In this document: positions 12,061 through 26,258 of the stretch, piece by piece
Numbering within the stretch: the first letter of the stretch is position 1
Layout: every line of letters starts with the position of its first letter
Assembly (NCBI RefSeq): GCF_963921235.1
Contig: NC_086097.1
Location: 5,084,001-5,148,000, forward strand
Direction of reading: 5' to 3'
Length of the DNA: 64,000 nt
Origin: Mobula hypostoma
Lineage: Eukaryota
Notes under the pieces: generated by a model
What the model was told of the DNA's origin: nothing
The model's input: the letters and a program-made list of their open reading frames with translations, nothing else
Database searches by the model: none
Translations under genes and position numbers: made by a program

Positions 12061-14751
12061 AGAGGACAATCATAGTGATCGGGTATCTGGCACTGAGCAT
12101 GGTTCCATGCTGCAGAAGGGAGAGAAGAAGATGAGGAATGTGGTATTCATCGGGCATTCCATAGTCAGGGGAATGGACAGGAGGTTCTGTCAGCCTGATA
12201 GAGATACCCGCATGGTGTGTTGCCTCCTAGGTGCCAGGGTACGGGATGTCTCGGATCGGGTGCAGAGTATTCTGAAGGGAGAGAGTAAACAGCCAGAAGT
12301 CCTGGTACACATTGGTAACGATGACATAGGTAGAAAAAGGGAGGAGGTCCTGAAGAGAGAATTCAGGGAGTTGGGTAGGAAGCTGAAAAGCGGGACCTCC
12401 AGGGTAGTAATCTCAGCATTGCTGCCTGTGCCACCTGCTAAAAATTGCAAGAATAGCATGATCATACACATTAATGCATGGCTGAGATAGTGGTGTAGGG
12501 GGCAGAACCTCGGGTTCCTGGATCATTGGGGCCTCTTCTAGGGGTGGTACGACCTGTGCAAAAGGAGGAACTAAATTCCAATGTGTTGGTATTTCAGTGG
12601 AATAAAGGAAATTATAATGACATGAGAAGGGAACTGGCCAAGGTTGAGTGAAAAGAGGCACTAGCAGGAAGGACAGCAGAGCAGCAATGGCTGGAGTTTC
12701 TGTGAAAAATGAGAGAAGTGCAAGACAGATATATTCCAACTAAGAAGAAATTTTCAAATGGAAGAAGGACACGACTGTGGCTGACAAGTGAAGTCAGAGC
12801 CAAAGTAAAAGCAAAAGAGAGGGCATACAAAAAAGTCAAAGCTAGTGGGAAGATAGAGGATTGGAAAGCTTTTAAAAACTTTCAGAAGGAAACTAAGATG
12901 GTCATTAGGAAGGAAAAGATGAATTATGAAAGGAAGATGAAGCTATATAAAGGGTAAAAGAGAGTTGAGGGTAGATAGGGGACCAATAGAAAATGACGCT
13001 GGAGATATTGTAATGAGAGATGCAGAGATGGCAGAGGAGCTGAATGCATATTTTGCATCAGTCTTCACAGTGGAAGACATCTGCAGTATACCGGACATTC
13101 AACAGTATCAGGGAAGTGAAGCATCTGCAGTGAAAATTATGACTGAGAACGTGCTCAGGAAGCTTTTTGGTCTGAGGATGGATAAATCTCCTGGACCTGA
13201 TGGAATGCACCCTTGGGTTCTGAAGGAGGTAGCTGGAGAGATTGCGGAGGCATTAACAATGATCTGTCAAGAATTTATAGATTCTGGCATTGTATAACTG
13301 GAAAATTGCAAATGTTACTCCACCATTTAAGAAGGGTGGGAGGCAGCAGAAAAGAAACTATAAACCTGTTAGCCTGACATCAGTGGTTGGGAGGTTGTTG
13401 GAATCAATTGTTAAGGATGAGATTACGGAATACCTGGAGGCACATGACAAGATAGGCCAAAGCCAGCAAGGTTTCCTGAAAGGAAAGTCCTGCCTGACAA
13501 ACCTACTGCAATTCTTTGAGGAAATTACAAACAGGGTAGACAAAGGAGATGCAGTAGATGTGGTGTACTTGGATTTTCATTAGGCCTTTGACAAGGTGCT
13601 GCACATGAGACTGCTCAGCAAGGTAAGATCCCATGGAATTACAGGGAAGTTACTAGCAGGGTGGGGCATTGGTTGATCGACAGAAAACAGAGTGGGAATA
13701 AACGGATCCTATTTCGGCTGACTGCCGGTTACCAGTGGAGTTCCACAGGGGTTGGTGTTGGGACCGTTGCTTTTTATGATATATGTCAATGATTTGGAGT
13801 ATGGGATTAATGGATTTGTGGCTGAATTTGCAGATGATACAAAGAGAGGTGAGGAGTGGGTAGTGTTGAGGAAACAGAGCTTGCAAAGAGACTTAGATAG
13901 TTTAGGGGCAAGGGCAAAGAAGTGGCAAATGAAATACGATGTTGGAAAGTGTATGTTCATGGACTTTGGTGGAAGAAATAAACGGGCAGACTATGATTTA
14001 GATGGGAAGAGAATTCAAAATGCAGAGATGCAAAGGGACTTATGTGTCCATGTGCAGGATACCCTAAAGGTTAACCTCCAGGTTGAGTTGGTGGTGAAGA
14101 AGGCGAATGCAATGTTGGCATTCATTTAAGAGGTATAAAATATAAGAGCAGGGATGTGATGTTGAGGCTCTATAAGGCACTCGTGAAACCACAATTGGAG
14201 TATTGTGTGCATTTTTGGGATCCTTATTTAAAAAAGGATACTTGACATTGGAGATGGTTCAAAGAAGATTCACAAGAATGATTTCAGGAATGAAAGGGTT
14301 ATCGTATGAGGAACGTCTGGCAGCTCTTGGGCTGTATTCCCTGGAGTTCAGGAGAATGAGGGGGGACCTCATAGAAACATTCTGAATGTTAAGAGGCCTG
14401 AACAGACATGGCAAGGTCATTTCCCAAAGTAGGGGAGTCCAGGACAAGAGGGCACGACTTCAGGATTGAAGGACGTCTATTTAGAGCAGAGATGCAGAGA
14501 AATTACTTTAGTCAGAGGGTGGTAAATTTGTGGAATTTGTTGCCACGAGTGGCTGAGGAGGTCAAGTCATTGGGTGTATTTAAGGCGGAGATAGATAGGT
14601 TCTTGATTAGTCAGGGCATCAAAGTGTATAGGGAGAAGCCAGGGGAGTGGGGTTGACTGGAAGAATTGGATCAGCCCATGATTGAATGACAGAGCAGACT
14701 TGATGGGCCAAATGGCCTAGTTTGCTCCTATATCTTATGGTTCTATGGTCT
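12061..14751 (+). mobile_element. CR1-like LINE with ORF1 SGNH/esterase fragment fused by deletion to ORF2 RT
   Basis: ORF1 motifs IGHSIVRG, CLLGARV, VHIGNDD; RT motifs downstream; TACTACT flanks both ends (12054-12060 and 14752-14758). Confidence 0.88.
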
Positions 14752-15477
14752 TACTACTGGTACTGATAAACTGCCATAGATTCACAACACTGAAGCTTTT
14801 TCAAATTTGAAAATGCCAGATAGAGGCAGGGGAATTTTTGCTTCACACTTGAACTTCTGCATTTAAATATATTACCATGAAAATTAACCCAATATATGGG
14901 ACTGAGCCTTTGAACACTTCTGAGATGCAAACAGTTTATTCTTTTTTATGGTATTACATTAACCAGTTCTGAAAAAATGTAAAAAAAAATACAATGAGAA
15001 AATAAACTGGATAAGTCATGTTGATGAACAGTTGAGAAGAGAATTGAAATCCCAGGGTATCCTTTCAGACACGTTTACCCGCCACAGCTGCCAGGAGATT
15101 TGTCAGCTCTTGGCCGTTTCACAGGCCGGAGCACCATGTGATGTCAGACTGTGACACCTCAAGGGACAGGAAATGAAAGCTGCTTATCTCACTCAGCCAC
15201 CAATTATGGAACTGCTGATTGATGCTCCTACCCTCTCAGAAGAACATACTGAAACAAGAAGAGAAATTGGGTAAGGAATAAACAGAAACAATACAGAACA
15301 TGTGGAATCCACTGTGATAAATACCTGTTGGGATTTGCTTGAATAGCCTTTCATTTTAAATCCAGATTACAGTCTTTGTTTTCAAATGCATTGGTTAATT
15401 GTAAACCTGCATTTTTGATGGCCAAATTAACAATTAAAATTCTGATGAGACTCATTTTTTATGAGCTGTGAATGTGT

Positions 15478-16147
15478 AACCTGAAGGTGGAATCTCATGT
15501 GGGTAGGGTGTTGAAGAAAGCTTTTGGTATGCTGGCCTTTATAAATCAGAGCATTGAGTATAGGAGTTGGGATGTAATGTTGAAATTGTACAAGGCATTG
15601 GTAAGGCTGAATTTGGAGTGTTGTGTACAGTTCTGGTCACCAAATTATAGGAAAGAAGTGAACAAAATTGAGAGAGCACAGGGGAGATTTACTAGAATGT
15701 TGCCTGGGTTTCATCTCCTAAATTACAGCGAAAGGTTGAACAAGTTGGGTCTTTATTCTTTGGAGCGTAGAAGGTTGAGGAGGGACTTTATAGAGGTATT
15801 TAAAATTATGAGGGGGATCGATAGAGTTGACATGGATAGGTTTTTTCCATTGGGAGTGGGGGAGATTCAAACAAGAGGACATGAGTTGAGAGTTAAAGGG
15901 CAAAAGTTTAGGGGTAACATGAGGGGGAACTTCTTTACTCAGAGAATGGTAGCTGTGTGGAACGAGCTTCCAGCAGAAGTGGTTGAGGCAGGTTCGATGT
16001 TGTCGTTTAAAGTTAAATTGGACAGGAAAGGAATGGAGGGTTATGGGCTGAGTGCAGGTCGGTGGGACTAGGTGAGAGTAAGAGCTCGACACGGACTAGA
16101 AGAGCTGAGATGGCCTGTTTCCGTGCTGTAATTGTTATATGTTTATA
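15478..16147 (+). mobile_element. CR1-like LINE 3' fragment
   Basis: ORF 15472-16071 is a CR1 RT C-terminus (LYKALVR, FTQR..AVWN.LP). Confidence 0.9.
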
Positions 16148-17707
16148 AGTATTATGTGCAGTTGTTCATTTGACTCTTTGGTTCCTTTCCTTAATACTAG
16201 AGTCAGAATCAGGTTTGATATCACCGGCATATGCTGTGAAACTTGTTAACTTTGAAGCAACAGTATAATCCAATACATAACAATAGAAAAAAAATAATGT
16301 TTCAGGAACAGCTACTTCCCCTTACTGAATTACAGTAAGTCTATTATATATAGTTAGAAAGTATATTATATATATATAGAAAGTTAAATTAAATAAGTTG
16401 TGCAAAATTAGAAATGAAATAGTAGTGAGGTAGTTTCATGAGTTCAATATCCATTCAGAAATTGGATGGCAGAGGGGAAGAAGCTGTTCCTGAAACGTTG
16501 AATGTGTAGAGAAGATATATTTCTGCCGAAAAGCAAAAACTGACTGAAGATATTAGAAATATCACGTAGAAGTAGAAAATGTTGGAAAACTGTTCAGAGG
16601 ATATTTCTTACAATATATTCCTTGAAACAAAGATATTTCTTACCATGCATAATGAGGCCATTTGGCTGATCAATTTTATGCCTGATCTTCATTTCTTTCT
16701 CGTAATTATTCACATTGACTCTATACTCTTCCCTCAAGATCTCTCATCTTCTTCTCAATGAACAGCGAACTAAACTGGTAATAAAAATGAAAAGTGAAAA
16801 TCCAAAATAAAAAGGGAAAGCAGAATTCAGATTCTAATGAAGTGTCTTTGACCTGAAGCACAGAGTTCTCTCTCTGTAGATGCTGCTTGACTGCTAAGTC
16901 TTTCCAGCATTTTTCTGTTCTTTATTTGTCGAGAGAAAGCTTTAGAACCAACTGGGTTCATTTTAATCACATGGCTGTTGTGGTTTTGAATGTTTAGAGT
17001 AATCAATCATGCACTTCTGATTTACCCTCTACGTGACTTAAGCCCAATGGTGATGCAGGAAATAGGTGACCCTATTCAGGGATATTCATCAGTCAGCAAT
17101 AAATGTTGTTGAAGAGAACCACAAACAAAAAAGAAAGAACAGAGGCTGTTGCAACAAAGCTGTACCACATGAAATTCTTGCTCATATATACAACACTTAC
17201 TGAACAGATTCAGGGTTCAAGATTGTTTAGAGCCATTTCCTGTACTTGTGAAAAGGAGAACAAAATAATTGTTGCTTCACATCTGAAGTAACAGAAAAAA
17301 TCACATTAGGATAAAGAACACAATGATAAAAAAACACATAAGATAGCTTATACACTTGGATTGATTGTATGTCCATAAAGTGAGACTAGGCACAGGAGAG
17401 TCTGAACATAATGTGACGGACAGGAAATGATAAAGCAGTGGTGGTGGGAGATTGTGGAGGGGTGGGTTAGTGTACGGAGGTGTGGATGGGCCTTATTGCT
17501 TGGGGAAAGTGCTTTTGAGTCTGAGATCTTGGTGTGGATGCTGTGCAGTGTCCCAAACCACAATGTTGTGCATGTCCGATGCTGTATGGCCATGTTGTTT
17601 AGCCTCAGCCGAATTGAAGTAGTACAAAGCCACTGGAAAGTGGATCAGTGTGCATTCACCCCAGGATGATGGGAGACGGCATTCAACCCGAGAAGTATGA
17701 AGTGAAA

Positions 17708-18628
17708 CAAGGGAAAGTCTGCAGATGCTGGAAATCTGAGCAACACACACAAAATGCTGGAGGAACTCAGCAGAAACTAGAGAAAATCTGCAAATGCTGG
17801 AAATCCAGAGCAACGCACACAAAATGCTGGAGGAACTCAGCTGGTCAGGCAGCATATATTGAAAAAATTAGAGTCGTCATTTTGGCCCGAGACCCTTTGG
17901 CAGGACTGGAGGGAAAAAGCTTAGGAGTAGATTTAAAAAGTAAGGGGAGGGGAGAGAAAAACACCAGGTGATAGGTGAAACCTGGAGGGGGAGGGATGAA
18001 GTAAAGAGCTGGGAAATTGATTGATGAAAGAGACAGAAGGCCATGGAAGAAAGAAATGGGGGGAGGAGCACCAGAGGGAGGCAATGGGTCAGCAAATAGA
18101 TAAAGTGAAAGAGGGAAAACAGGATGGGAAATTGTGAAGGAGGGGGGATACATCACTGAAAGTTCGAGAAATTGGTGTTCATGCCATGTGTTGGAGGCTA
18201 CCCAGAAGGAATATAAGGTGTTGTTCCTCCAATCTAAGTGTGGCCTCATCATGACAGTAGACTACCATGTGGGAATGGGGATGGGATGTAGGATTAAAAC
18301 AAGTGACCACTGGGAAATCCCACATTTTCTGGCAGATGGAGTGTAAGTGCTTGGTGAAGCGGTCTCCCACTCTACATCGGGTCTCACTGATATACAGGAA
18401 GCCACACTGGGATCACCGAACACAGTAAATGACCCCAACAGTCTCACAGGTGAAGTGTCGTCTCACCTGGAAGGACTGTTTGAGGCCCTGAATGGTAGTG
18501 AGGGAGGAGGTGTAGGGCCAGGTGTAGCACTTGTTCCACTTGCAATGATAAGTGCCAGAAGGGAGATCAGTGAGGAGGGACGAATGGACTAGGGAGTATG
18601 AGGTGAAGCACTTCAGAAAGTCCACAAG
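17708..18628 (-). mobile_element. Penelope-like element fragment (GIY-YIG C-terminus plus terminal repeat)
   Basis: Encodes QVRRHFTCETVGVIYC and RLEEQHLIFLLGSLQ. Degenerate hammerhead at about 17872-17907; terminal ~60 bp partly tandem-duplicated at 17712-17772. Confidence 0.8.
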
Positions 18629-18829
18629 AATCAGAGAAGACCACTGCTGCTTTCCATTTGCATGAATAATTTAGAATATGGACTCAAAAGCATAATTCCT
18701 AACTTTGTGGAATTATAACACATTAATGGCCAAGGGGAGAGCATGAAAGTCAAACTGGAAGAAAGTCAATTCAAATTAAAACTGGACATTGAGAAACAGC
18801 AGATGAAGTTCAAAATGAATAAATGGGAA

Positions 18830-19258
18830 TGTATGCGAAGTGTTTGATGGCTCTGGGCCTGTACTCCCTGGAGTTTAGAAGAATGGGGGAGATCTCATTG
18901 AAAACTTTCGAATATTGAAAAGTCCAGATAGAGTGGACGTAGAGAGAATGTTTCCTTTAGTGGAGGAGTCTAGGACCAGAGGACACACCCTCAGAATAGA
19001 GGATGTCCATTTAGAACAGAGATGAGGAGGAATTTCATCAGCCATAAAGCAGTGAATCTGTGGAATTCATCGCCGCAGGTGGCTGTAGAGACCAAGTCAT
19101 TTAAAACGGAGATTGATAGATTCTTGATTAGTTGGAGTGTTAAAGGTTATGAGGAGAAGGAGGTAGAGAGGGATAATAAATCAGCCATGATGGAATGGCG
19201 GAGCTGAATTGATGGGCTGAATGGCCTAATTTTGCTCCTATGTTTGATGGTCATATGG
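18830..19258 (+). mobile_element. CR1-like LINE 3' fragment
   Basis: Encodes MRRNFI..AVNLWNS, followed by a CR1-type 3' UTR. Confidence 0.8.
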
Positions 19259-20289
19259 TGTATTTGCCTTATTTTATCAAGAAAAGAGAAGGAAACATCA
19301 AAGTTCAAAGCTGTCAAATAACTGCCTTGCTTCCTGCTGTGTAGCAATGCTTCAGCAAGCTGTAAATTGAAGCCCCTGCATGTGCACTGTCCTGCAAGAC
19401 CAGACGAAAAGATTTCTCCTGTCATTCTCCCGTCTACTGGACATCAAGTTGGAAGGCTTGGGTGATGGATGACATTTCCACTGCTGAATTTTGTCCTTCT
19501 CCTTCTGCAAAGTACTACTCCTATGGTGTAACCTTAAGCTTCATCAGCACTTCCAGTGGATAATACATTAGGTGCATCTTTAGACACCAGGTCATGCTTA
19601 ATAATGGACAGCAGCCATCTTCAAAAGGAATTCTGGAAGCATCATACCATCAAGACGTTGATTGCCAGTACTGGAAGTTACAGGCACCTCTGCACAGCCT
19701 GTTGCAAAAGACATGACTTGATTTCATCGACTCATTTCTTTCAATCTACACCGGGGCTTTAATCTTTGTTATGCCATGGGCCCCTTTAGCAGTCCAGTAA
19801 AGCCTATGGACGTCTTCTCAGAATAATGTATGGAAATATATAAAATAAAATACAAAAGAAACCAATGACAGTTAGCAAAATATGAAAGAAGTGAAACTGT
19901 GATACAGTAATGAGGTACTATACTGAAAACGGCACTGAGGAAAGAAAAGCACATCTACCTTGCAGTGACAGGAAAAATTGATGGACCAAAAAGTCGCGAT
20001 CGACTGCGCATGATGTTCATAATTATTGGAAGGGATGGACAGGTGGAAATTTTGAAGAGCTTTTTCAAACTTCTCAGAATGAAGACAGATGAAAGACTGT
20101 GATTGCCAATGTCAGTTGACACGGCTCATAATGAATGAATCAATGAGTAATTTATTTGCTTCTTTATTAATGCATTAATTAACAAATCTATACCTTTAAA
20201 ATATAGGCAAGTTAAAATTAAATTTTACTTTTTAAAGATGTACCAGAATGAAGGACTGTTGTTGCTTAGTTTGAATAAGAACATTAAAC

Positions 20290-20722
20290 ATGAGAAAGTC
20301 TGCAGATGCTGGAATTGAGGCTGCCCTCATGGTGTAGAAGCAACACCTCACATTCCATCTGGGTAGCCTCCAGCCTGATAGCATGGACATTGATTTCTCC
20401 ATCTGCTAAAAAAGAATTACCTTCCCCTACCCTCTTCTTCTAGTCCCCACTCTGGCCTCTTCCTTACCTATCACTTCTGCGGGGGTCCCCTCCTCCTTCC
20501 TTTTCCCCTCTGGTCTATTCTCCTCACCTTTCCCACCCAGTTGGATTCACCTGTCACCTTCTAGTGTGTTCCCTTCTCCTCCTCCCATCTTTTTATTCTG
20601 GCATCTCCCCCCTTCCTTCTCAGTCCTGAAAAAAGGTTTCGGCCTCAAACATCGACTATTTACTCATTTCCACAGATGCTGCCTGACCAACTGAGTTCCT
20701 CCAGCATCTTGCATGTGTTGCA
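20290..20722 (+). mobile_element. Penelope-like 3' fragment
   Basis: GIY-YIG tail similarity, pyrimidine-rich UTR and degenerate hammerhead at about 20622-20658. Confidence 0.7.
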
Positions 20723-21149
20723 TTAAATTGGTTTTTGACAAAGCAACGTGCATGTTATATTGGGCATCCAATTAATTTTGATCATTTGTTTTAATGATTA
20801 CAAGTGTTGAAAATTCTGATTTGTGAAGATATGTCATTGCAAATGGAATTAAAGTTTCTATAGCTCACTTTAAAAGTGTAGGCTGCCACCAGGAAGACTG
20901 TAGTCACATGCAACCTAGTGGTGAGTCTAATAACTACTGTAATTTTGAAGTAGTGATGAGCGTACCGTAAACAAAATCTTGAGATATTTGTAGCAACTGT
21001 AATGTGAAGTGAAAATATCTGTGATTTCTTTTTGTTACCGAGTCACAGGTACTGCTAATATTACTGTGGTTTGTCGCCTATGTTCATAATTTAAGGATGC
21101 TGAATTTCAGTGAGACATTACTGAAAATAAAGATGTAAATTTTTTCCCA

Positions 21150-21206
21150 TCTGAGTTCATGGACCCCATGGAATCTACCTGTGGACCCCAGGTTAAGAAT
21201 CCCTGA
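21150..21206. mobile_element. Probable hAT (Charlie-like) terminal inverted repeat
   Basis: GGACCCCAGGTTAAGAATCCCTG followed by ATCTA resembles hAT-Charlie termini. No partner end found. Confidence 0.4.
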
Positions 21207-21734
21207 TCTACGGGAAGTGCTACCTCAGCAAGGCAACATTCCCACTGTCCAGACCATCTTCTCCCAGCTGTCACTGGGCAGGAGCTCTAGAGGCACAAAG
21301 CCACACACCACCAGGTTCAAGAACGGCTACTTCAGCTATCTGGTTGTTGAACTCGTTGGCACAAGACTATTCACTGCAGTTCAACAACAGTGTGACCACT
21401 TTGATCACTTTACATTAAAGGGGACTTCTCTTCGTTCTGACTTGTGCTGATTTGGTAAACCAGATCACTAGGCTGTGCTTCCACTCCCTGCACACACACA
21501 GAAGCTGATACGTAAGGATCCCGTCATACAGAGCTGCTCTGAGGAAACAGATGTGCTTCTACGTGAGTGCTTTAAGTTGGTAGACTAATCAGTGTTCAAA
21601 GATTCGGCAGCCAGCCAAGGTCAGAATCAAAATCAGCTTTATTATCACTGGTATTTGTCGTGAAATTTGTTGTTTTAAGGCAGCAGTACAGTTCAACATA
21701 ACAATTACTATAAGTTGCAATAAGAAATAAACTA

Positions 21735-22410
21735 TAAGACACAGGAGAAGAGTTAGGCCATCCAGCCCATCAAGGGTGATTTACCTCCTGCCTTTCCCTA
21801 GTAACTTTGGATGCCCTTACTCATTGAGACCCTATCAACCTCTGCTTTAAATAAACCCAAGAGCCGCCTGTGGAAACAAATTCCACAGTTTCATCTCATC
21901 TGTCTAAAGAACTGCTTCCTTAACTCAGTTCTAAAGGGATGTTCTTGTATTCCTAGGCTGTGCCTTCTGACCCTAGACTCCCCTACTACAGGAAAAATTC
22001 CTCTCCAAATCCACTCCATGTAGACCTTTTAACATTCAATAGGTTTCAATGAGATGCCCCCTCAATCTTTAAGACTCCAGCGAGTACAGCCTAGAGCCAT
22101 CAAACACTCCTCATATGTTAACTCATTAATTCCCAGAATTATTCTTGTGAACCTTCTCTGGACTCTCTCCAATGCCAGCACATTCTTTCTTAGATAAACT
22201 GCCCGAAACTGCTCACAATTCTCCAAGTTAGGGCTTGCTAACGCCTTATAAAGCCTCAGCATTACATCCTTGCTCTTATATTCTAGTCCTCTGGAAATGA
22301 ATGCTAACACTACATTTACCTTCCTTACCACTGACTCAACCTGCAAGTTAACCTTTAAGAAATCCTGCAAAAGGACTCAAAAGTCCCTTTGCACCTCCAA
22401 TTTCTGAATG
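21735..22410 (-). mobile_element. CR1-like LINE 3' fragment
   Basis: ORF 22062-22370 is a CR1 RT C-terminus. Confidence 0.85.
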
Positions 22411-23219
22411 TGCTGCCCATTCCTCTTGCACCTTCAAAATGCTTTTGGCAGCTTCTGGATGTGTTTGCATCCAAAACAGTGCATGGCAAGCTGCTTGATC
22501 TGATGATCGATCCCAGGCTACCAGACAGAGCTTTGAGCCAATGCTTTCATTATGACCACGACTAGATGACGGGTCCATCACTCCTCCAACACTTTGGCTC
22601 TCAATTCCCACATAAGGCAAATCCTGTCATGGGCAAATTCATCCCGGTGCTGATAAGAATAGGGGTTCTGGGATTTCTGCTGAACATTCCAGGCATTTTG
22701 GGTAGCCATGTAGACCTGAGACAGTGTGGAATCTATTCTGGTTTCCCTTTGGCTCATGCCTGCTGTAATAGGAAAACTTTTGATTTATATTAGGGAGAAT
22801 ATGTCAACGGAAGTGTTCTTTTTTTGTAAATTTTTCAGGTATTTCCTTTTCCAAGGGTAAACAGACAAACCATCAACAGTTCCATGATTAGTTGTCCTCT
22901 TGAATTGGAACTGACAATAGTGTCCTACAGGAAATGGAGCCCAACTCTGTATTCATGCTGCTGTAAGTGGAAAGTCCTTCTGTAGATTGAAAATGGACAC
23001 AAGTGATTGATGATCAGCATCGAAGGTGAACTCTCTCCCATACAAGTCCTGGTTGAAATATTTCACACCCCAAAGCAGACTCAAGGGCTCTCTGTCCATC
23101 TGTGCGGAATGTTTCTCTGCAACGATATGGGAACTTGATGCAAAAGCTATGAGGCATCCACTTCTGTCACTCATAACACGTAACGTGACGGCACCATAAG
23201 ATGCGGCATCACAGGCAAC
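22411..23219 (-). mobile_element. Degenerate Gypsy/Ty3 pol fragment (RNase H to integrase H2C2)
   Basis: Encodes ACDA.SYG, IAFAS and YGREFT...DHQSL; frameshifted integrase zinc-finger region near 22450-22570. Confidence 0.75.
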
Positions 23220-25089
23220 TTCAAAATCTGAAAGATTTATTTATTATCAAAGTGTACAACTCTGAAATTCTTCTCCAGATAGCAAGGAACCCAAGAAAGA
23301 AAAGAACAGAGGCTCGATCATCAACTCCCAAATCCCTCCTCTCCCACACAAAAAAGGAACAAGTACACTGACTCCCAAATCCCCCTCCTCCGCTCACAAA
23401 AAAATGAGAAAGATCAGGTGAAAAATACAGAATACAAATAAGAACATAAGTCTGAAAAAAAAGTCCATATCCTAAACGCAGAAAACCTGGGTAACATTCT
23501 CCCTCTCCGTAGCAGAGCGATCTCACCTCTTTATAGCAGAGCGATCCCTCAGTGATAAAAAGGCAGACAACCAGCTTTTCAATCTCCCTCATCGTTTCAA
23601 TCAGCAAACAATGGAAGATTTAGTTGACAAAATGGAGTCTTGCAGCCTTCTCGCCAAAAGGTTCCTGATTACTGCCTCTGCCTCCTGGAATCCCCTCGCA
23701 GACTGTAGAATGCTGAAACACTCAACGATCTCCACACTGGACAATGTGGATCATAATGTGTGAGTACCATGTCTGACATCACCATTTCCATTGTGTTTTG
23801 TAAAGCCATCTCACACTGCATTGTCCATTGTCATTTCTTCCTGACCTGTAGTAATGAGTTCAAAGGGTGGAGCACAGTAGCCGGGTTGGGGAGGAACCTG
23901 TTGTAATAATTGACAGATCCTAAACAGGATTCCATCTGTGATATGTGCTGTTTCTAAATTGTTGAGTGTGTGTCTTCAGGCTCCTGAACTTCCTTCATTA
24001 TTAGTTCCAATCTGTTCTTGAACGTGTTGATACTACACGTTAATGTCAAAAGCGAGTGAAGCTTATCGTAGCAAGTGCCTTTATCCAGCCCTTACAGTTA
24101 AAACCCTCAGGGAATTTAACAGGGTGAATCTGGAAATAAGGTTTGCTCTTTTGTGGGAGAATCATGCAAGTCTGTGGGAGATTTCAGAATGGTCCATGCA
24201 CCCATGAACAGTACATCATTATTCCTTTTTTTGTAATTTATAATAATTTTATGTCTTTGCAGTGTACTCTGCCAAAAAACAGCAAATTTTGTGGCATAAG
24301 TCAGTGGTAAGAAACCTGATTCTGGAATTGATTTTGATCTAGAAATGAAAGTAGAGATGGGGTAACTTGTTTTTTCCATGGTGGAAGAAGGAAGTACTTG
24401 AATAATTTTAGAAACCGATAGAATATTGTTAAGTGAAAAGGTGAATGATTGCAATGGGAGACCAGCATGCATAGTTGGTGTTGCAATTATATCAGTCATG
24501 AGCGTATTAAGCGGGTTCAAGACACTGAGTGACAATTTCTCGTAAATCTGGTGGCTCAGCTTCACCCCTGTAAAGAACAGCCTCTCCTGTCTTCCAAGGT
24601 CCAAGTCAGAGTAGGTTTGTTGCCCCCTCCACAAGTACACATGCACAGGTGCACTGAAAAACTTCCTTGCAGCAGCATCACTGGCACAAAGATCATACAA
24701 GCAGCATTCACATTAGCATAAATTACACATAAATATTGCAAGAACAAGACAAATAGAACAAAGAGACAGTGCAAAGTGGTCATAGTGTTGTTGAACTGTA
24801 GAGATCAGGGTTTTGTTGCTTTTGTGGAGCTTTTACATTTTTACGTTATTCATTATTGATGAACTAAGATCATAACTAAAGTATCCAGTTTCAGAGAAGA
24901 TGCTAAACCAGCCTTCCTGACCTCTTAAATGGACGTAAGTGATTGTATGGCACTATTCTGAGGATGTGAAAAGCAATTCTCTCCAGTGTTTTGTCCAATA
25001 ATTTTCTTTAGTGAGAGCCTACAGAACTGATAATGTGCTCTCAATCCTAGTGTTGTTTCTGAAAACAAATCAACTGTTGTTCTTCTCCC

Positions 25090-25400
25090 ACTAATCTCAT
25101 TGAAACCCATCCAATATTGAAAGGTCTAGATAGAGTGGCTGCGGAAAGAATATTTCTGATAGCGGGCAAGTCTATAGGTCTCAGAGACGAAGAGGAATTA
25201 CGTTAGCCAGAGGCTGGCAAATCTGTGGAATTCATTGCTACAGAGGACGCGGATAGATTCATGATTAATAAGGCTGTCAAAGATTATGGGGAGAAGGCAG
25301 CAGACTGGGATTTAAGGTGATAATAAATCAGCCATGATGGAATGGTGGAGCAGACGCAACGGGCCAGTTGGCCTTATTTTGCTCCTATGTCGCATGGTCC
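25090..25400 (+). mobile_element. CR1-like 3' fragment
   Basis: Similar to the 3' ends at 14400-14750 and 18900-19258. Confidence 0.7.
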
Positions 25401-26258
25401 TTTGAACTTGTCCATGAAAGCTTGAAGACAATCTCAATCCCACACCTATTTTCCTTTAACCTATTCCTTTCCACATAACTCTTCCTACGAATCAGCATCA
25501 AAGAGGAGCAATTTAAAGTGGGTGATTAACCCACAAAATCACACAGCTTTTGGGAGTGAAAATCCAGAGGAACTGGAGAGAATCTGCACGGTCACAGGGA
25601 GAATTCACAAACTCCAACAGGGGGCACCTGAGTTCAGAATAAAACCTGGCTGTCAGAACTCCAGAGCTGTTTCTATATTGGGAGCCTTGTTTCAGTAAAG
25701 AAACTTCGAGTCTAGAATGGGAGGAGAAAAATGTCACTGAAATGATTCCAGAGATAAAGGACTTTGGTTCTGTGTGTGGATTGGAAAACCTGGAAGGTCT
25801 GGAATTGAGTGATGAAAGGAAATATATTTTTGCACTTCAATTATTTAAGGTCTGGAAGCAACTGTCTGTTGGAATAAAGGAGGTGGATTCTTATGTTACA
25901 TTCACTCATGAGTGAAAGTGTACACAGGAATGTGACACTGACAAATGGGACACTATTTACAGGCAGTGCTCCTGGATAGGGCAAAGTTTGGAAGCAATGA
26001 CTGGGATGTATGACATTTGCAACGGTGTTCACAGAGAGACATCAGTGCTTTCCAGGGGAGCACAAGGAGTGGGGGCAGTGTTAAAGAGAAGCCTTTGCAA
26101 ATGTCATTTTCATGATTCATTCATTTTTCTCTCTTCGATATTCCATTTTATTTCCCTATTCTTTAAGATTAAATTAGGAAGAATAATTTAAAATATTTTG
26201 TACAATGTCTGAGCCATTTCCTTGTTTCCCTGCACCGTTTTAGGACTGAATCTCCTTT

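Noticed and set aside
12107..12490. SGNH hydrolase-like ORF as a host enzyme
   Set aside because: It is the esterase domain of CR1 ORF1 and is contiguous with CR1 ORF2.
24116..24700. 194-aa minus-strand ORF
   Set aside because: It spans repeat fragments and unique DNA, has no recognisable domain, and is probably a chance ORF.
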